Below the pieces are notes generated by a model. The model had not been told where the DNA came from and ran no database searches. It saw only the letters and a program-made list of their open reading frames with translations. Positions 48,095 through 57,501 of a DNA stretch of 58,548 nucleotides are shown here, in pieces. Source of the DNA: an uncultured Dehalococcoidia bacterium (GTDB lineage Bacteria > Chloroflexota > Dehalococcoidia > DSTF01 > JACRBR01); the NCBI GenBank assembly GCA_964421985.1, contig CAYQZE010000010.1, positions 1-58,548 on the forward strand. Reading direction: 5' to 3'. Numbering within the stretch: position 1 is the stretch's first letter; each line of letters opens with the position of its first letter. A program made the translations under genes and the position numbers.

Positions 48095-49021
48095 CTACAG
48101 TGCATGGTCGCTCGTCGTCAGGGCGAGGATCGCCTTTTGCGCGTGCAGGCGGTTCTCGGCCTGGTCGAACACAACCGACTGCGGCCCTTCGATGACATCC
48201 TCCATCACCTCTTCGCCTCGGTGCGCCGGCAGGTCGTGCATGAAGATCGCCCCAGGCTTCGCAAGCGCCATCAGCTCGGCTGTCACTGCGAACCCGGCGA
48301 ATGCCTCCTTGCGTGCGGCGTAGCTGTCCTCCTGCCCCATGCTCGCCCATACGTCGGTGTACACCACGTCGGCTCCACGCACGGCCTCCGCTGGCGTCTC
48401 TACGAAGTCGGCGTCGCCGCCGTTCGCGCGGGCCAGCTCCCCGACGAGCCGCTGCGTCGCTTCGGGCAGGCTGTATCCGTCCGGCGATGCCATCGCAAAG
48501 CTTACGCCCGTCAGCGCCGATCCCTCTGCGAGCGACGCTGCCACGTTGAACCCGTCGCCGATGAACGCCAGCCGCACGCCGCGCAGTGAGCCGAAGCGCT
48601 CCAGCACCGTCAGTAGGTCGGCCAGCGCCTGACAGGGGTGCTCTTCGTCCGACAGCGCGTTGATCACGGGGACGTCGGCGTGTCGCGCAAGGCCAAGCAG
48701 CGTCTCGTGTGAATACGTCCGCGCAGCGATCACATCGACGTATCGGCTCAGCACGCGCGACACGTCGGCCACCGACTCGCGCTGCCCCAGGCCAACTTCG
48801 GCCTGGCTCAGATATATCGCGTGTCCGCCCAGCTCCTGCATCGCCACATCGAAGCTGACGCGCGTCCGCAGCGACGGCTTTTCGAACAATAGCGCCAGCG
48901 TCTTGCCGCGCAGCAGGTCGCCGCCGCCGCCGTCCCGCTTCAGGCTCAGCGCTGTCCGCAAGATCTCGGCGACCTCGTCGGGGCTCAGTTCGGCAATCGA
49001 AAGCAGGTCGCGGCCACGCAC
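48095..49021 (-). CDS. argF: Ornithine carbamoyltransferase
   Basis: FEKPSLRTRVSF, HPCQALAD, YTDVWASMGQE, HDLPAHRG, QAENRLH; GGAGGAG upstream of GTG 49021. Confidence 0.95.
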   Translation of the reverse strand: MRGRDLLSIAELSPDEVAEILRTALSLKRDGGGGDLLRGKTLALLFEKPSLRTRVSFDVAMQELGGHAIYLSQAEVGLGQRESVADVSRVLSRYVDVIAARTYSHETLLGLARHADVPVINALSDEEHPCQALADLLTVLERFGSLRGVRLAFIGDGFNVAASLAEGSALTGVSFAMASPDGYSLPEATQRLVGELARANGGDADFVETPAEAVRGADVVYTDVWASMGQEDSYAARKEAFAGFAVTAELMALAKPGAIFMHDLPAHRGEEVMEDVIEGPQSVVFDQAENRLHAQKAILALTTSDHAL

Positions 49022-49169
49022 AGCGCTCCTCCGGAACAAACGGCGACGCCAGTATAACGCGCCTCCACCGCTGGCCGGCGAAGCCTCGACGTGCGCTCGG
49101 CGGTTCGACGCCCTCCGTGATCGTGATATAGTTCCAGCACCGTACAGGGCGTTCGTACGGCCATACTGC

Positions 49170-50243
49170 ATGCCACACACCCCGCCCGGTTCCGCCAAGC
49201 TCGCGCTGATCTTCCCCGGTCAGGGCTCGCAGCACGTCGGCATGGGCCGCCGCGTTGCGGGCGCATCGCCCCGCGCGCGCGAAATCTTCGCTGAAGCCAG
49301 CGACATCCTCAAGCTCGACGTCGCGAAGATCGTCATGGACGGCTCGGAACGGGAGCTCTCGCGGACAGCCACCACCCAGCCGGCGATTCTCGCCGTGAGC
49401 TGGGCGTACCTCTCCTACTTGCGTGAGCGCGCGGCCGAACTCGGCCGGCAGATCCGACCCTCGCACGCCTCCGGGCACAGCTTTGGCCAGTTCTCGGCGG
49501 CGGCCGCCGCCGAGTCCATCTCGTTCGCCGCGGCGCTGACATTGGTGCGGGAGCGCGGCCGCATCATGACCAGGTGGTCGAAGAAGCGCCCCGGTGGCAT
49601 GGCCAGCGTCATCGGTCCGAGCGACGACGATGTGCGCGACGTGTGCCGCCGGGTCTCGCCCGAGGGTGAGGTGGGTATCGCCGCCGTCAACGCGCCGGGA
49701 CAGACGGTGATCTCCGGCACGCTGGCGGCGCTCGCCCGCGCCATTGAGTCGCTCAAAGAGCGCGGGCGCGTCGTTCAACTCCCCATCTCGGTTCCCGGCC
49801 ATTTCCCCAAGATGGCGGAAGCGCGCGAGGAGCTGCGCCGTTCCATCGACCGCATCGACTTCCGCGATCCGAAGTTCCCGATCGTTTCGAGCCTGACGGG
49901 GCGTGTGCTCACGACCGGAGCAGACGTGCGGCAGGAGCTGAGCGACCAGATGACGGGCGCGATCAACTGGATGCGGGCCTTCCTGGAGATGCGGCGCGCC
50001 GGCGCGTCGACGTTCTTCGAGGTCGGCCCGGGCCATGTGCTCGGCAATATCAGCAAGCGTCTCGACCGCGATGCCCAGTTCATCGACATCTTCGACGAGT
50101 CACAGTGGCGCGATCTCATCCTCGCCGGTCCGGCTCTCGACCCCATCATCGTAGGGGCACGCGGTGGCGTGCCCTCGCCCGAGGACGCACCCCCTCTTGT
50201 TGCCACAACCATACCCGACCCGGATCCACGTGCCCCGGCCTGA
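49170..50243 (+). CDS. fabD: Malonyl-CoA:ACP transacylase
   Basis: IFPGQGSQ, TQPAI, GHSFG, VNAPGQTVISG, FFEVGPG. Confidence 0.92.
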   Translation: MPHTPPGSAKLALIFPGQGSQHVGMGRRVAGASPRAREIFAEASDILKLDVAKIVMDGSERELSRTATTQPAILAVSWAYLSYLRERAAELGRQIRPSHASGHSFGQFSAAAAAESISFAAALTLVRERGRIMTRWSKKRPGGMASVIGPSDDDVRDVCRRVSPEGEVGIAAVNAPGQTVISGTLAALARAIESLKERGRVVQLPISVPGHFPKMAEAREELRRSIDRIDFRDPKFPIVSSLTGRVLTTGADVRQELSDQMTGAINWMRAFLEMRRAGASTFFEVGPGHVLGNISKRLDRDAQFIDIFDESQWRDLILAGPALDPIIVGARGGVPSPEDAPPLVATTIPDPDPRAPA

Positions 50244-51492
50244 CTCCCTCCCGAACCGGCGCGTCGTCGTTACCGGCATGGGCACCGTCTGCCCACTGGG
50301 CAACAACTGGCGCGATGCCTGGACGGCCATGACGGAGGGACGCTCCGGCATAGCGCGCCTGACGCAGTTCGACGTTAGCCAGTTCGAGGTGCAGATCGGC
50401 GGCGAGGTGAAGGGTTTTCATCCCGAGGAAGTGATCCCCACCAAGGATCTCCGCCGCATGGACGAGAACGGCCAGTTCGCCGTTGTCTCCGCGCTCGAGG
50501 CCGTGGCTGATAGCGGGCTCGTCATCGACGATTCGAATCGCGATGACGTCGGCGTCATCTTCGGGTCGGCCGGCGGCGGCTACGGACTGCTGTTGCAGCA
50601 GAACGAGATCTTCGTCAAGGGCGGCTACCGCCGGGTCAGCCCCTTCCTGATCAGCAACATGCTGCCCGATGCCGCGTCCGGGCACGTCGCCATCACGATC
50701 GGGGCTTGCGGGCCGAACATGGCGATCGCGTCCGCCTGTTCGACGGGTACCGGCGCCATCGGCGAGTCGTGGGAGACGATCCGCCGCGGCGATGCCGAGG
50801 CGATCGTCGCCGGCGGCACCGACAACCCGCTGCTGCCCGTGCTCCTCGCGGGCTTCCACGCCCTGCGCGCCCTCGCCAACGATCCCGAACATCCGGAGCG
50901 CGCGAACAAGCCGTTCGACGCCCGCCGCGACGGGTTTGTCGTCGGGCAGGGAGCCGCCGCGCTCGTCCTCGAAAGCCTCGACCACGCGCGTGCCCGGGGT
51001 GCCGAGATCTATGCCGAGGTGATTGGCTATGCGTCGAGCAACGACGCGTACGACATGGTGGCGTCGCTCGAGACGGGACGCTCCTCCGCCGTCGCCCTTA
51101 CCCGCGCGATGCGGAAGGCCGGCATCGAGCCGTCCGAAGTGAACTACATCAACCCGCATGGCACCGGGACGCCGCTCAACGACCGCGCCGAGACCGCGGC
51201 CATCAAGCTAGCCTTCGGCGAGCACGCGAAGAAGCTGGCGATCAGCTCGACGAAGTCGATGCACGGGCACCTGATGGGCGGCGCCGGCGCGCTGGAGGCG
51301 ATCGCCGCCATCCAGGCGATCCGAACGGGCATCATCCCGCCGACGCTGAACTACGAAGTACCCGACCCGGACTGCGACCTCGACTACGTGCCGAACGTCG
51401 CCCGCCGCGCCGATGTGCGTGTCGCGCTCTCGAATTCCGTGGGGCTCGGCGGCCACAACGCCTGCGTCATCTTTCGCCGCTACGAGGAGTAG
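50230..51492 (+). CDS. fabF: 3-oxoacyl-ACP synthase II
   Basis: RVVVTGMG, ASACSTG, INPHGTGT, KSMHGHLMGGAG, SNSVGLGGHN. Confidence 0.95.
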   Translation: MPRPDSLPNRRVVVTGMGTVCPLGNNWRDAWTAMTEGRSGIARLTQFDVSQFEVQIGGEVKGFHPEEVIPTKDLRRMDENGQFAVVSALEAVADSGLVIDDSNRDDVGVIFGSAGGGYGLLLQQNEIFVKGGYRRVSPFLISNMLPDAASGHVAITIGACGPNMAIASACSTGTGAIGESWETIRRGDAEAIVAGGTDNPLLPVLLAGFHALRALANDPEHPERANKPFDARRDGFVVGQGAAALVLESLDHARARGAEIYAEVIGYASSNDAYDMVASLETGRSSAVALTRAMRKAGIEPSEVNYINPHGTGTPLNDRAETAAIKLAFGEHAKKLAISSTKSMHGHLMGGAGALEAIAAIQAIRTGIIPPTLNYEVPDPDCDLDYVPNVARRADVRVALSNSVGLGGHNACVIFRRYEE

Positions 51493-51526
51493 GCGCGCGC
51501 TTGGCGGGCGTGATAGCCTGAGATCC

Positions 51527-51736
51527 ATGCCGCAAGACCCGATCTATGAGAAGACGATCGCGCTACCGCTCGGCTACGTTTTCACCGCACGCGCGCGCCC
51601 CGCATCGATCCGCCGGACGGCGCTCCGGCTGCTGCCGTGGGCCCTCGTGGTGATGGCGCCGGCGGGTCGCCGCTCGCGCGTCGCGCAGGCCGTCGCGCGG
51701 CGTCTGTCGCCGCTGGCGAAGTACAAGATTCGCTAG
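51527..51736 (+). CDS. Small basic hypothetical protein (69 aa)
   Basis: Fills the fabF-ribF gap; -10-like TAGCCT just upstream of the ATG. Confidence 0.5.
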   Translation: MPQDPIYEKTIALPLGYVFTARARPASIRRTALRLLPWALVVMAPAGRRSRVAQAVARRLSPLAKYKIR

Positions 51737-52656
51737 CGAAAGTAGCTGCGCACGGCCGCCACGTCCGTCGCGATCGCCGCAACCAGCGCTGCGACGCCGT
51801 CGAACTTCACCTCGCCGCGCAGGCGGTGAAGCAGCTCGACGCGCAGCTCGCGGCCGTAGAGGGCGCCTTCGAAGTCGAGGATGTACGTCTCGACGGACGG
51901 CACGGCGTCGTCGAACGTCGGGTTGACGCCGAGGTTCGTCGCCGAAGCGTAGCTGCGCCCGCCGACGTGCGAGCGCGTGACGTAGACGCCGAACGCCGGC
52001 AACGCCCGGTCTGGCGTCACGGCCATGTTCGCCGTAGGGAACCCGATCGCCCGGCCGCGCTCGTGCCCGCGCACCACGGGTCCGCGCAGCGAGAACGGGC
52101 GGCCGAGCAAGCGCGCCGCCGTCTCCATGTCTCCCTGCGCGATGGCGTTACGGATGACCGTAGCGCTCACCCGCGCGTCGCTATCGTCCAGCGCTGGGCC
52201 CAGGATCTCCAGCTCAAAGCCGAGCTCGTCGGCGATCGCCGCGACGCGCTGCGGCGTCCCCTCACGCCCGCGCCCGAAGGCGTTGTCCGGGCCCATCAGC
52301 AGGAACCGCATGTCGAGCGCGCCGTGCAGCATCGCCAGAAAGTCCAGCGCCGAAAGCTCAGCCACCTCCGACGTGAACGTCAGCGGCGCCACGGTGTCGA
52401 CGCCCGTAGCCCGCAGCAGTTCGACGCGCTCTTCGAGGCTCGTCAGGTATGCGACGCGCACGGTCGGCCGCAGCACCTGTATCGGCGACGGGTGCAGCGT
52501 GACGATGCCCGTCGCGAGCCCGCGCGCGGCTGCCCGTTCTCGCAGCGCCTCGATCAGATAGCGGTGTCCCAGATGCACGCCGTCGAACACGCCCAGTGTG
52601 ATCGCCGTCGGACGTCCGGCGGCGTAGTGCGACAGTTCCTCGCGCGCCAGCAGCAT
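51733..52656 (-). CDS. ribF: Bifunctional riboflavin kinase/FAD synthetase
   Basis: LGVFDGVHLGH, VSATVIR, GRAIGFPTAN, VETYILDF, LRGEVKF. Confidence 0.96.
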   Translation of the reverse strand: MLLAREELSHYAAGRPTAITLGVFDGVHLGHRYLIEALRERAAARGLATGIVTLHPSPIQVLRPTVRVAYLTSLEERVELLRATGVDTVAPLTFTSEVAELSALDFLAMLHGALDMRFLLMGPDNAFGRGREGTPQRVAAIADELGFELEILGPALDDSDARVSATVIRNAIAQGDMETAARLLGRPFSLRGPVVRGHERGRAIGFPTANMAVTPDRALPAFGVYVTRSHVGGRSYASATNLGVNPTFDDAVPSVETYILDFEGALYGRELRVELLHRLRGEVKFDGVAALVAAIATDVAAVRSYFR

Positions 52657-52778
52657 GCCATAAGGGTAGCGGACGACGCGGGTACAGGAGGCGATCTGCA
52701 CCCTCGCCAGCGTCGTCGTCAAGCCCGGTGCGTGGTACGCTAAGGCAGACACCGGCCGTTCTCTGGAGCCTCGCGCGC

Positions 52779-53219
52779 ATGGACACCGAGTACCACCTCG
52801 ACTACGAAGCCATCATCAAGACCGTTCGCCAGGCGGACGTGATCGCCTTCCGCTTCGTGACGGTCCCCATGCGTCTGCTCATTGATAATCGCTCTAGCGA
52901 GGCCGACGCGCCGATGGTCAAACTCGTGCCGCCCGCCGGCAGCGCAGAAGAGCGCTTCAAGAGTCTCAAGGTGCTGCGGCCGCGGTTCCGGCTGCCGCCG
53001 AAGATCAGCGCGGTCTGGTGGCCCCGCTACGTCAACGGCCTCATCGATACCGGCGTGTGGGACGCGATCACCCAACGTCTCATTGAAGGGGGGCACGCCG
53101 CCACCGCGGCCGAGTGCGACGAACTCCTCCGCGAGATGCGCCGCATGGAGCGCCTGGAGATGGCGGACGCCATCGGCGGCGAAGGCTACCGCACGCTCTG
53201 GCCCGTCGGGCGTTCGTAG
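52779..53219 (+). CDS. Hypothetical protein (paralogue A of the gene at 58172)
   Basis: 146 aa; aligns without gaps to the right-edge ORF. Confidence 0.85.
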   Translation: MDTEYHLDYEAIIKTVRQADVIAFRFVTVPMRLLIDNRSSEADAPMVKLVPPAGSAEERFKSLKVLRPRFRLPPKISAVWWPRYVNGLIDTGVWDAITQRLIEGGHAATAAECDELLREMRRMERLEMADAIGGEGYRTLWPVGRS

Positions 53220-53228
53220 GCGTCCGCA

Positions 53229-53597
53229 GTGGAACGCGCGCGCTTCATCGGCCTCGTCCGCCAGGCGCTGCGCGAAGTGCCGTCGCCCTTCAAGGAGCAT
53301 CTGCGGACGGTCGATATCGTCGTCAAGAGCCGGCCGGGCCGCGTTGACTTGCGGGAGGCGGGCCTCGGCCCCGGCAAGTCCATGTACGGCTTCTATCGCG
53401 GCATCCCGCTGACCGAGCGGGACGGCAGCTACCAGATGGTCGCACCCGACGTGATTGACATCTACCAGGAGGCGCTGGAAGAGGACTTTCCCGACGAGGC
53501 CGAACTCATCGAAGAGATCCGTACGACGGTGCTTCATGAACTGGCGCACTTCTTCGGCATCGATGATGATCGGCTCGACGAGCTGGGACTCGGCTAA
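53229..53597 (+). CDS. Zincin-like metallopeptidase (DUF1025-type)
   Basis: YGFYRGIPLTER, IDIYQ, TVLHELAHFFGIDDDRL (HExxH). Confidence 0.9.
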   Translation: MERARFIGLVRQALREVPSPFKEHLRTVDIVVKSRPGRVDLREAGLGPGKSMYGFYRGIPLTERDGSYQMVAPDVIDIYQEALEEDFPDEAELIEEIRTTVLHELAHFFGIDDDRLDELGLG

Positions 53598-53713
53598 CCC
53601 TCGCCGTGCGAGCGACTCGCATACGTGTGAGTTCGTTGACCCTGAACCGGCGCTTCGGTACGCTCGGGCGAACCCCGAATCCGCGCGGCCAGCGGACACA
53701 CGCAAGACCAGAG

Positions 53714-54388
53714 ATGCCAGAACTCGGCAAGACGCTATCCCAGGCGAGAGTCGCGCGCGGTCTCACACTAGAGGACGGCGAGCGCGATACGCGCATCTCC
53801 AAGCGCTATCTGGACGCGCTTGAGCGTGAGGACTGGAAGATATTTCCGGCACCGGTGTACAGCCGCGCGTTTCTGCGCACCTACGCGCAATACCTCGGCC
53901 TCAATCCCGCCGAGCTGATGCGGCTCTTCACCGCGCAGACGGAAGAACCGGCGCCATTCACGCCACTTCCGCAGGTCAAGACGCCGCCGGCGACCGGTTC
54001 GATGAACTGGATGCTTGCGGCCGGCGTCCTCGGCTTCCTCGCGATCGCGGGCATCTTCCTCTACTTCTCCGGCGGCGGAGACAGCTCGATCACGGCGAAG
54101 TCGATTAGCAAACCCGTCCCGACGATCGCCCGCGAGGCGCAGGGTGGTGGTCCGGCGCCCGCCATCGGCAAGCCGGTCGGGGAAGTGAAGAAGGGGACGG
54201 TGCCCGATCTCGTCGCGGTCCGGCTCGACGATGCGCTCACCGCCCTCGCCCAGGCCGGCCTGAACTACGTCGTCGTCGAGACCGACAAGGCGAAGGGCAC
54301 GCCGGGCGTCGTCACGTCCCAGGACCCCGCCCCCGGCACCAAGGGCGGCCAGAGCACCTCCGTCACACTCGTGGTCCCCCGCAACTAG
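53714..54388 (+). CDS. rodZ: RodZ-like protein: HTH, TM helix, PASTA domain
   Basis: LGKTLSQAR..RGLTLE....TRIS..YL.ALE......P..Y.RAFLR.YA.YLGL; TM; VPDL...L..A...L.....V....G.VTSQDPAPGT; upstream of rimO. Confidence 0.85.
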   Translation: MPELGKTLSQARVARGLTLEDGERDTRISKRYLDALEREDWKIFPAPVYSRAFLRTYAQYLGLNPAELMRLFTAQTEEPAPFTPLPQVKTPPATGSMNWMLAAGVLGFLAIAGIFLYFSGGGDSSITAKSISKPVPTIAREAQGGGPAPAIGKPVGEVKKGTVPDLVAVRLDDALTALAQAGLNYVVVETDKAKGTPGVVTSQDPAPGTKGGQSTSVTLVVPRN

Positions 54389-54484
54389 TGTAGTGTCTCG
54401 CAAATAGCTTGTGCCGGCGGACCCGTTTGCTGATCGGGATCTGAGTGATTCAATGCCCGAACTAAAATCGAGACACACCACTAG
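54385..54484. mobile_element. 100-bp MITE/IS remnant, IS630-like
   Basis: CTAG at both ends; imperfect TIR CTAGTGtaGTGTCTCG / CGAGACACacCACTAG; AT-richer than its flanks. Confidence 0.65.
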
Positions 54485-54558
54485 CACTCATCGTGCCGCA
54501 GCCCTCGCTGGCTGCCTGTGCGCGGGCGACCACCGACGGCCGCGATCGATCAGCTATC

Positions 54559-55887
54559 ATGACCAGCATGCGCTACCACCTCGTCACGCTCGGCTGCGCG
54601 AAGAACGTCGCAGATAGCGAGCGCATCGGTCGCGTCCTCGGTGAGGGGGCGCACGTCGAAGTGCCGCAGCCGCACGCCGCCGACGTGATCATCGTCAACA
54701 CGTGCGGGTTCATCGACGCCTCGAAGGAGGAGTCGGTGAACACGATCCTCGCGCTGGCCACGGAGAAGCGGGCCGGGCAGCGACTGGTTGTCGCGGGCTG
54801 TCTGACGGCCCTCCACGGCGCCGAGCTGCGCGCGGAAGTGCCCGAGATCGACGCGGTCTTCGGCGCCGAGGACTGGACCGGCATCGGCGCCTACGCCGCC
54901 ACGCTCGTGCCCGTCCCGCTCGACCCGCCCCCGTTCGACATCCCGGAGACCACCCTGCGCCGCCGCCCCAGCGCCTACCTCAAGATCTCCGACGGCTGCA
55001 ACGCGCCCTGCACGTTCTGCATCATCCCGAAGATGAAAGGCAAGCTGCACAGCACGCCGGCCGACGCTCTCGTCGCTGAGGCCCGCCGGCTCGCGGCGCA
55101 GGGGGTGCGCGAGATCGTCCTCGTCGCACAGGACAGCACCGACTACGGACGCGACCTCGGCGTACGCGACGCACTGCCGGACCTGCTCGAGCGCCTCGCC
55201 TGCGAGGTGCCCGACGTGCCCTGGCTGCGCATCATGTATGCCTATCCAGGCCACGTGACGAAGCGGCTCGCCGAGACGATGGCGCGTTTGCCCAACGTCG
55301 CCCACTACATCGATGTCCCGCTGCAGCACGCCGCCGAGACCGTCCTGCGCCGTATGAAGCGCCCGAGCAACACCCGGATGGTGCGCGAGATGTTCGCAAC
55401 GCTCCGCGAGGCGATGCCCGACATCGCCATCCGCACCACGTTCATCGTCGGCTACCCGGGCGAGACCGAGGAGGAATTCGCCGAGCTGCTCGCCTTCGTG
55501 CGGGAGATGGCCTTCGACCACGTCGGCTGCTTCACATTCTCGCCCCAGTCGGAATCGCCGGCCGCCCACGAGCCTGACCCCGTGCCCGAGCGGATGAAGA
55601 AGCGGCGGCAGCGGCAACTCATGGAAGTCGCGCAACAGGTCTCGCTGATCAAGAACCGCGCTATGGCCGGTCGAGAGATCGAAGTGCTGGTGGAGTCGTC
55701 GAGCACGCCGCGTGACGGCTACGAGAGCGGCTTCGTCGTCGGCCGTTCGTACCGCGATGCGCCGGAAGTCGACGGCCTCGTGCTGCTCGAAGGCGACTTT
55801 GCCCCAGGAGATTTCGTGCGGGCGCGGGTCACGCAGACCCTTGCCTACGACCTGATCGCGCGGCCGGTCGCCGTGCCCGTGGCGTAG
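54559..55887 (+). CDS. rimO: Ribosomal protein S12 methylthiotransferase
   Basis: TLGCAKN, VNTCGFI, AGCL, KISDGCNAPCTFC (CxxxCxxC), TRAM domain GRSYRDAPEVDG. Confidence 0.95.
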   Translation: MTSMRYHLVTLGCAKNVADSERIGRVLGEGAHVEVPQPHAADVIIVNTCGFIDASKEESVNTILALATEKRAGQRLVVAGCLTALHGAELRAEVPEIDAVFGAEDWTGIGAYAATLVPVPLDPPPFDIPETTLRRRPSAYLKISDGCNAPCTFCIIPKMKGKLHSTPADALVAEARRLAAQGVREIVLVAQDSTDYGRDLGVRDALPDLLERLACEVPDVPWLRIMYAYPGHVTKRLAETMARLPNVAHYIDVPLQHAAETVLRRMKRPSNTRMVREMFATLREAMPDIAIRTTFIVGYPGETEEEFAELLAFVREMAFDHVGCFTFSPQSESPAAHEPDPVPERMKKRRQRQLMEVAQQVSLIKNRAMAGREIEVLVESSSTPRDGYESGFVVGRSYRDAPEVDGLVLLEGDFAPGDFVRARVTQTLAYDLIARPVAVPVA

Positions 55888-55890
55888 TGA

Positions 55891-56190
55891 TCAGTCGTCG
55901 TCCATCTTGATCACGTCGGACTCGACGTCGATCAGCTCCGCGTCGAGTCGCGACTCGCGAACGTAGGAAACGATCTCGTCGAGCACCTCCTCGCAGTGCC
56001 GCCGCGTATTCGCCACGCAAGCGACGCCGATCGTTGCGATCTGCCAGGCGTCGTTGTCGCCGACCTCGGCTACGGACACCTGGAACTTGTTGCGAATGCG
56101 CTGCGATACGCTGCGGACGACTTGGCGTTTGTCCTTCAGCGATCCACTCTCCGGCAGCCGCAGCGTGAAGCGCAGCACGCCGACGTTCAC
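55891..56190 (-). CDS. DUF503 (YlxP) family protein
   Basis: SLKDKRQVV, KFQVSVAEV, W...IGVACV. Confidence 0.9.
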   Translation of the reverse strand: MNVGVLRFTLRLPESGSLKDKRQVVRSVSQRIRNKFQVSVAEVGDNDAWQIATIGVACVANTRRHCEEVLDEIVSYVRESRLDAELIDVESDVIKMDDD

Positions 56191-56789
56191 ATGATCGCCT
56201 CTTCGTCCTCTTCCTGCGGCGCCTCCGTGAGTGGCAGCGGCGGGAGGTCGTCGGGCTTCTCCAGCCCGAAATACTCCAGGAAGCGCACGGTCGTGCCGAA
56301 CAGCACCGGCCGCCCGACGACGGGCGCCCGCCCTATCTCCTCCACCAGTTCGCGCGCCATCAACGTCCGGATCGGGCCGTCGCAGTCGACGCCCCGGACG
56401 GACTCGATGCCGGTACGTGTGATCGGCTGGCGGTAGGCGATGATCGCCAGCGTCTCCAGCGATGCGTTCGTCAGTGGCGCGTGTTCGAGTCCCAGGAAGC
56501 GCTGCACGTACGGTGCCGTCCGCGCGGCCGACACCAGTTGGACGAGGGCGCCCGTGCGCTGCAGCCGGACGCCGCGCTCCCGCAGCGCCTCCGCCAGTTC
56601 GTCCAACGCGTCCGAAACGTCGTGCCGAGCGGCGTTCACGCTGTGGGCCAGCGCCCCCAGCTCGACGGGCGCGTCGGCGACGAACAGCACCGCCTCGAGC
56701 ACGTTTGCCAGCTCCTCGCGCGCGGGCGGCTCGATCAGTACTGCTTTACGGCGCTTCAGCTGGGTAGGGGCGCTATCCTGATTGGTCAA
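56187..56789 (-). CDS. scpB: SMC-Scp complex subunit ScpB
   Basis: LEAVLF, LETLAIIAYRQPITR..IE.VRGV, GRP.LFGTT..FL..FGL. Confidence 0.95.
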   Translation of the reverse strand: MTNQDSAPTQLKRRKAVLIEPPAREELANVLEAVLFVADAPVELGALAHSVNAARHDVSDALDELAEALRERGVRLQRTGALVQLVSAARTAPYVQRFLGLEHAPLTNASLETLAIIAYRQPITRTGIESVRGVDCDGPIRTLMARELVEEIGRAPVVGRPVLFGTTVRFLEYFGLEKPDDLPPLPLTEAPQEEDEEAIM

Positions 56790-57423
56790 GGTCACCCTCG
56801 GTCCGCGGCCGTTCCCAGCCGGTGGCGATGCGAGATGCCGGCGCCGATACCGCATCTTCTCCGCGCAAGCGTAGCTCGCGATAGTGCAATCGCGCACGTG
56901 GCATCGCCGCCATCTCAATGCCAAGCTGTTGCTCGACCAGCACGTGAGCGCGTCGGCACGCCTCGTCGGCTGCCTGCGACAGGTTCGCGCCCGCGTCCAC
57001 GTCCAGATCCAGCACCACCTCCACCCGGCTGCCGCGGGCTGCGACGATGGCGGTGCAACGGGCGATGTGCGGGATGGCGGCTACCTCGGCGTCGATACGC
57101 GCCCCAATCTGCGATGTCGTAATCAATGCCTCGCCCGCCGTCACGCTGCGCACGCGCATCTTCTGGCTGGCCGCGGGCGTCAGCTCCACGGTGATCACGG
57201 TGAGCATCAACAGCGAGAGCACCGCCGAGATGAGCGAGATGATCACCTTCGTCTCGCCATCGTTGTGGCGTCGCAGATAGCTGGCGAGATCGGCGATACG
57301 GGTGATACTTTCGCCGGGCGCCGCCCAGGCCAGCAGCGTTACCAGCAACGCCGCGAAGATGACGGCCAGCGCGCTGACGACGATGACGAAGCGGTTGAGT
57401 TGCTCCAGCGGTCCGTCACTCAC
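56773..57423 (-). CDS. AmaP-like membrane anchor protein
   Basis: Two TM helices followed by an Asp23-like alpha/beta segment (GEALIT...I...I...V). Confidence 0.65.
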   Translation of the reverse strand: MSDGPLEQLNRFVIVVSALAVIFAALLVTLLAWAAPGESITRIADLASYLRRHNDGETKVIISLISAVLSLLMLTVITVELTPAASQKMRVRSVTAGEALITTSQIGARIDAEVAAIPHIARCTAIVAARGSRVEVVLDLDVDAGANLSQAADEACRRAHVLVEQQLGIEMAAMPRARLHYRELRLRGEDAVSAPASRIATGWERPRTEGDLDQSG

Positions 57424-57501
57424 GCGTGTGCCCTCCGGTCACACTGCACTTGTCGATCGGGGCCATAATACAGCACCGCGTGCGTCCCGCGCGCGGGGAG
57501 A

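Noticed and set aside
48054-50036. 660-aa minus-strand ORF
   Set aside because: Off-frame to argF and antisense to fabD; no recognisable domain.
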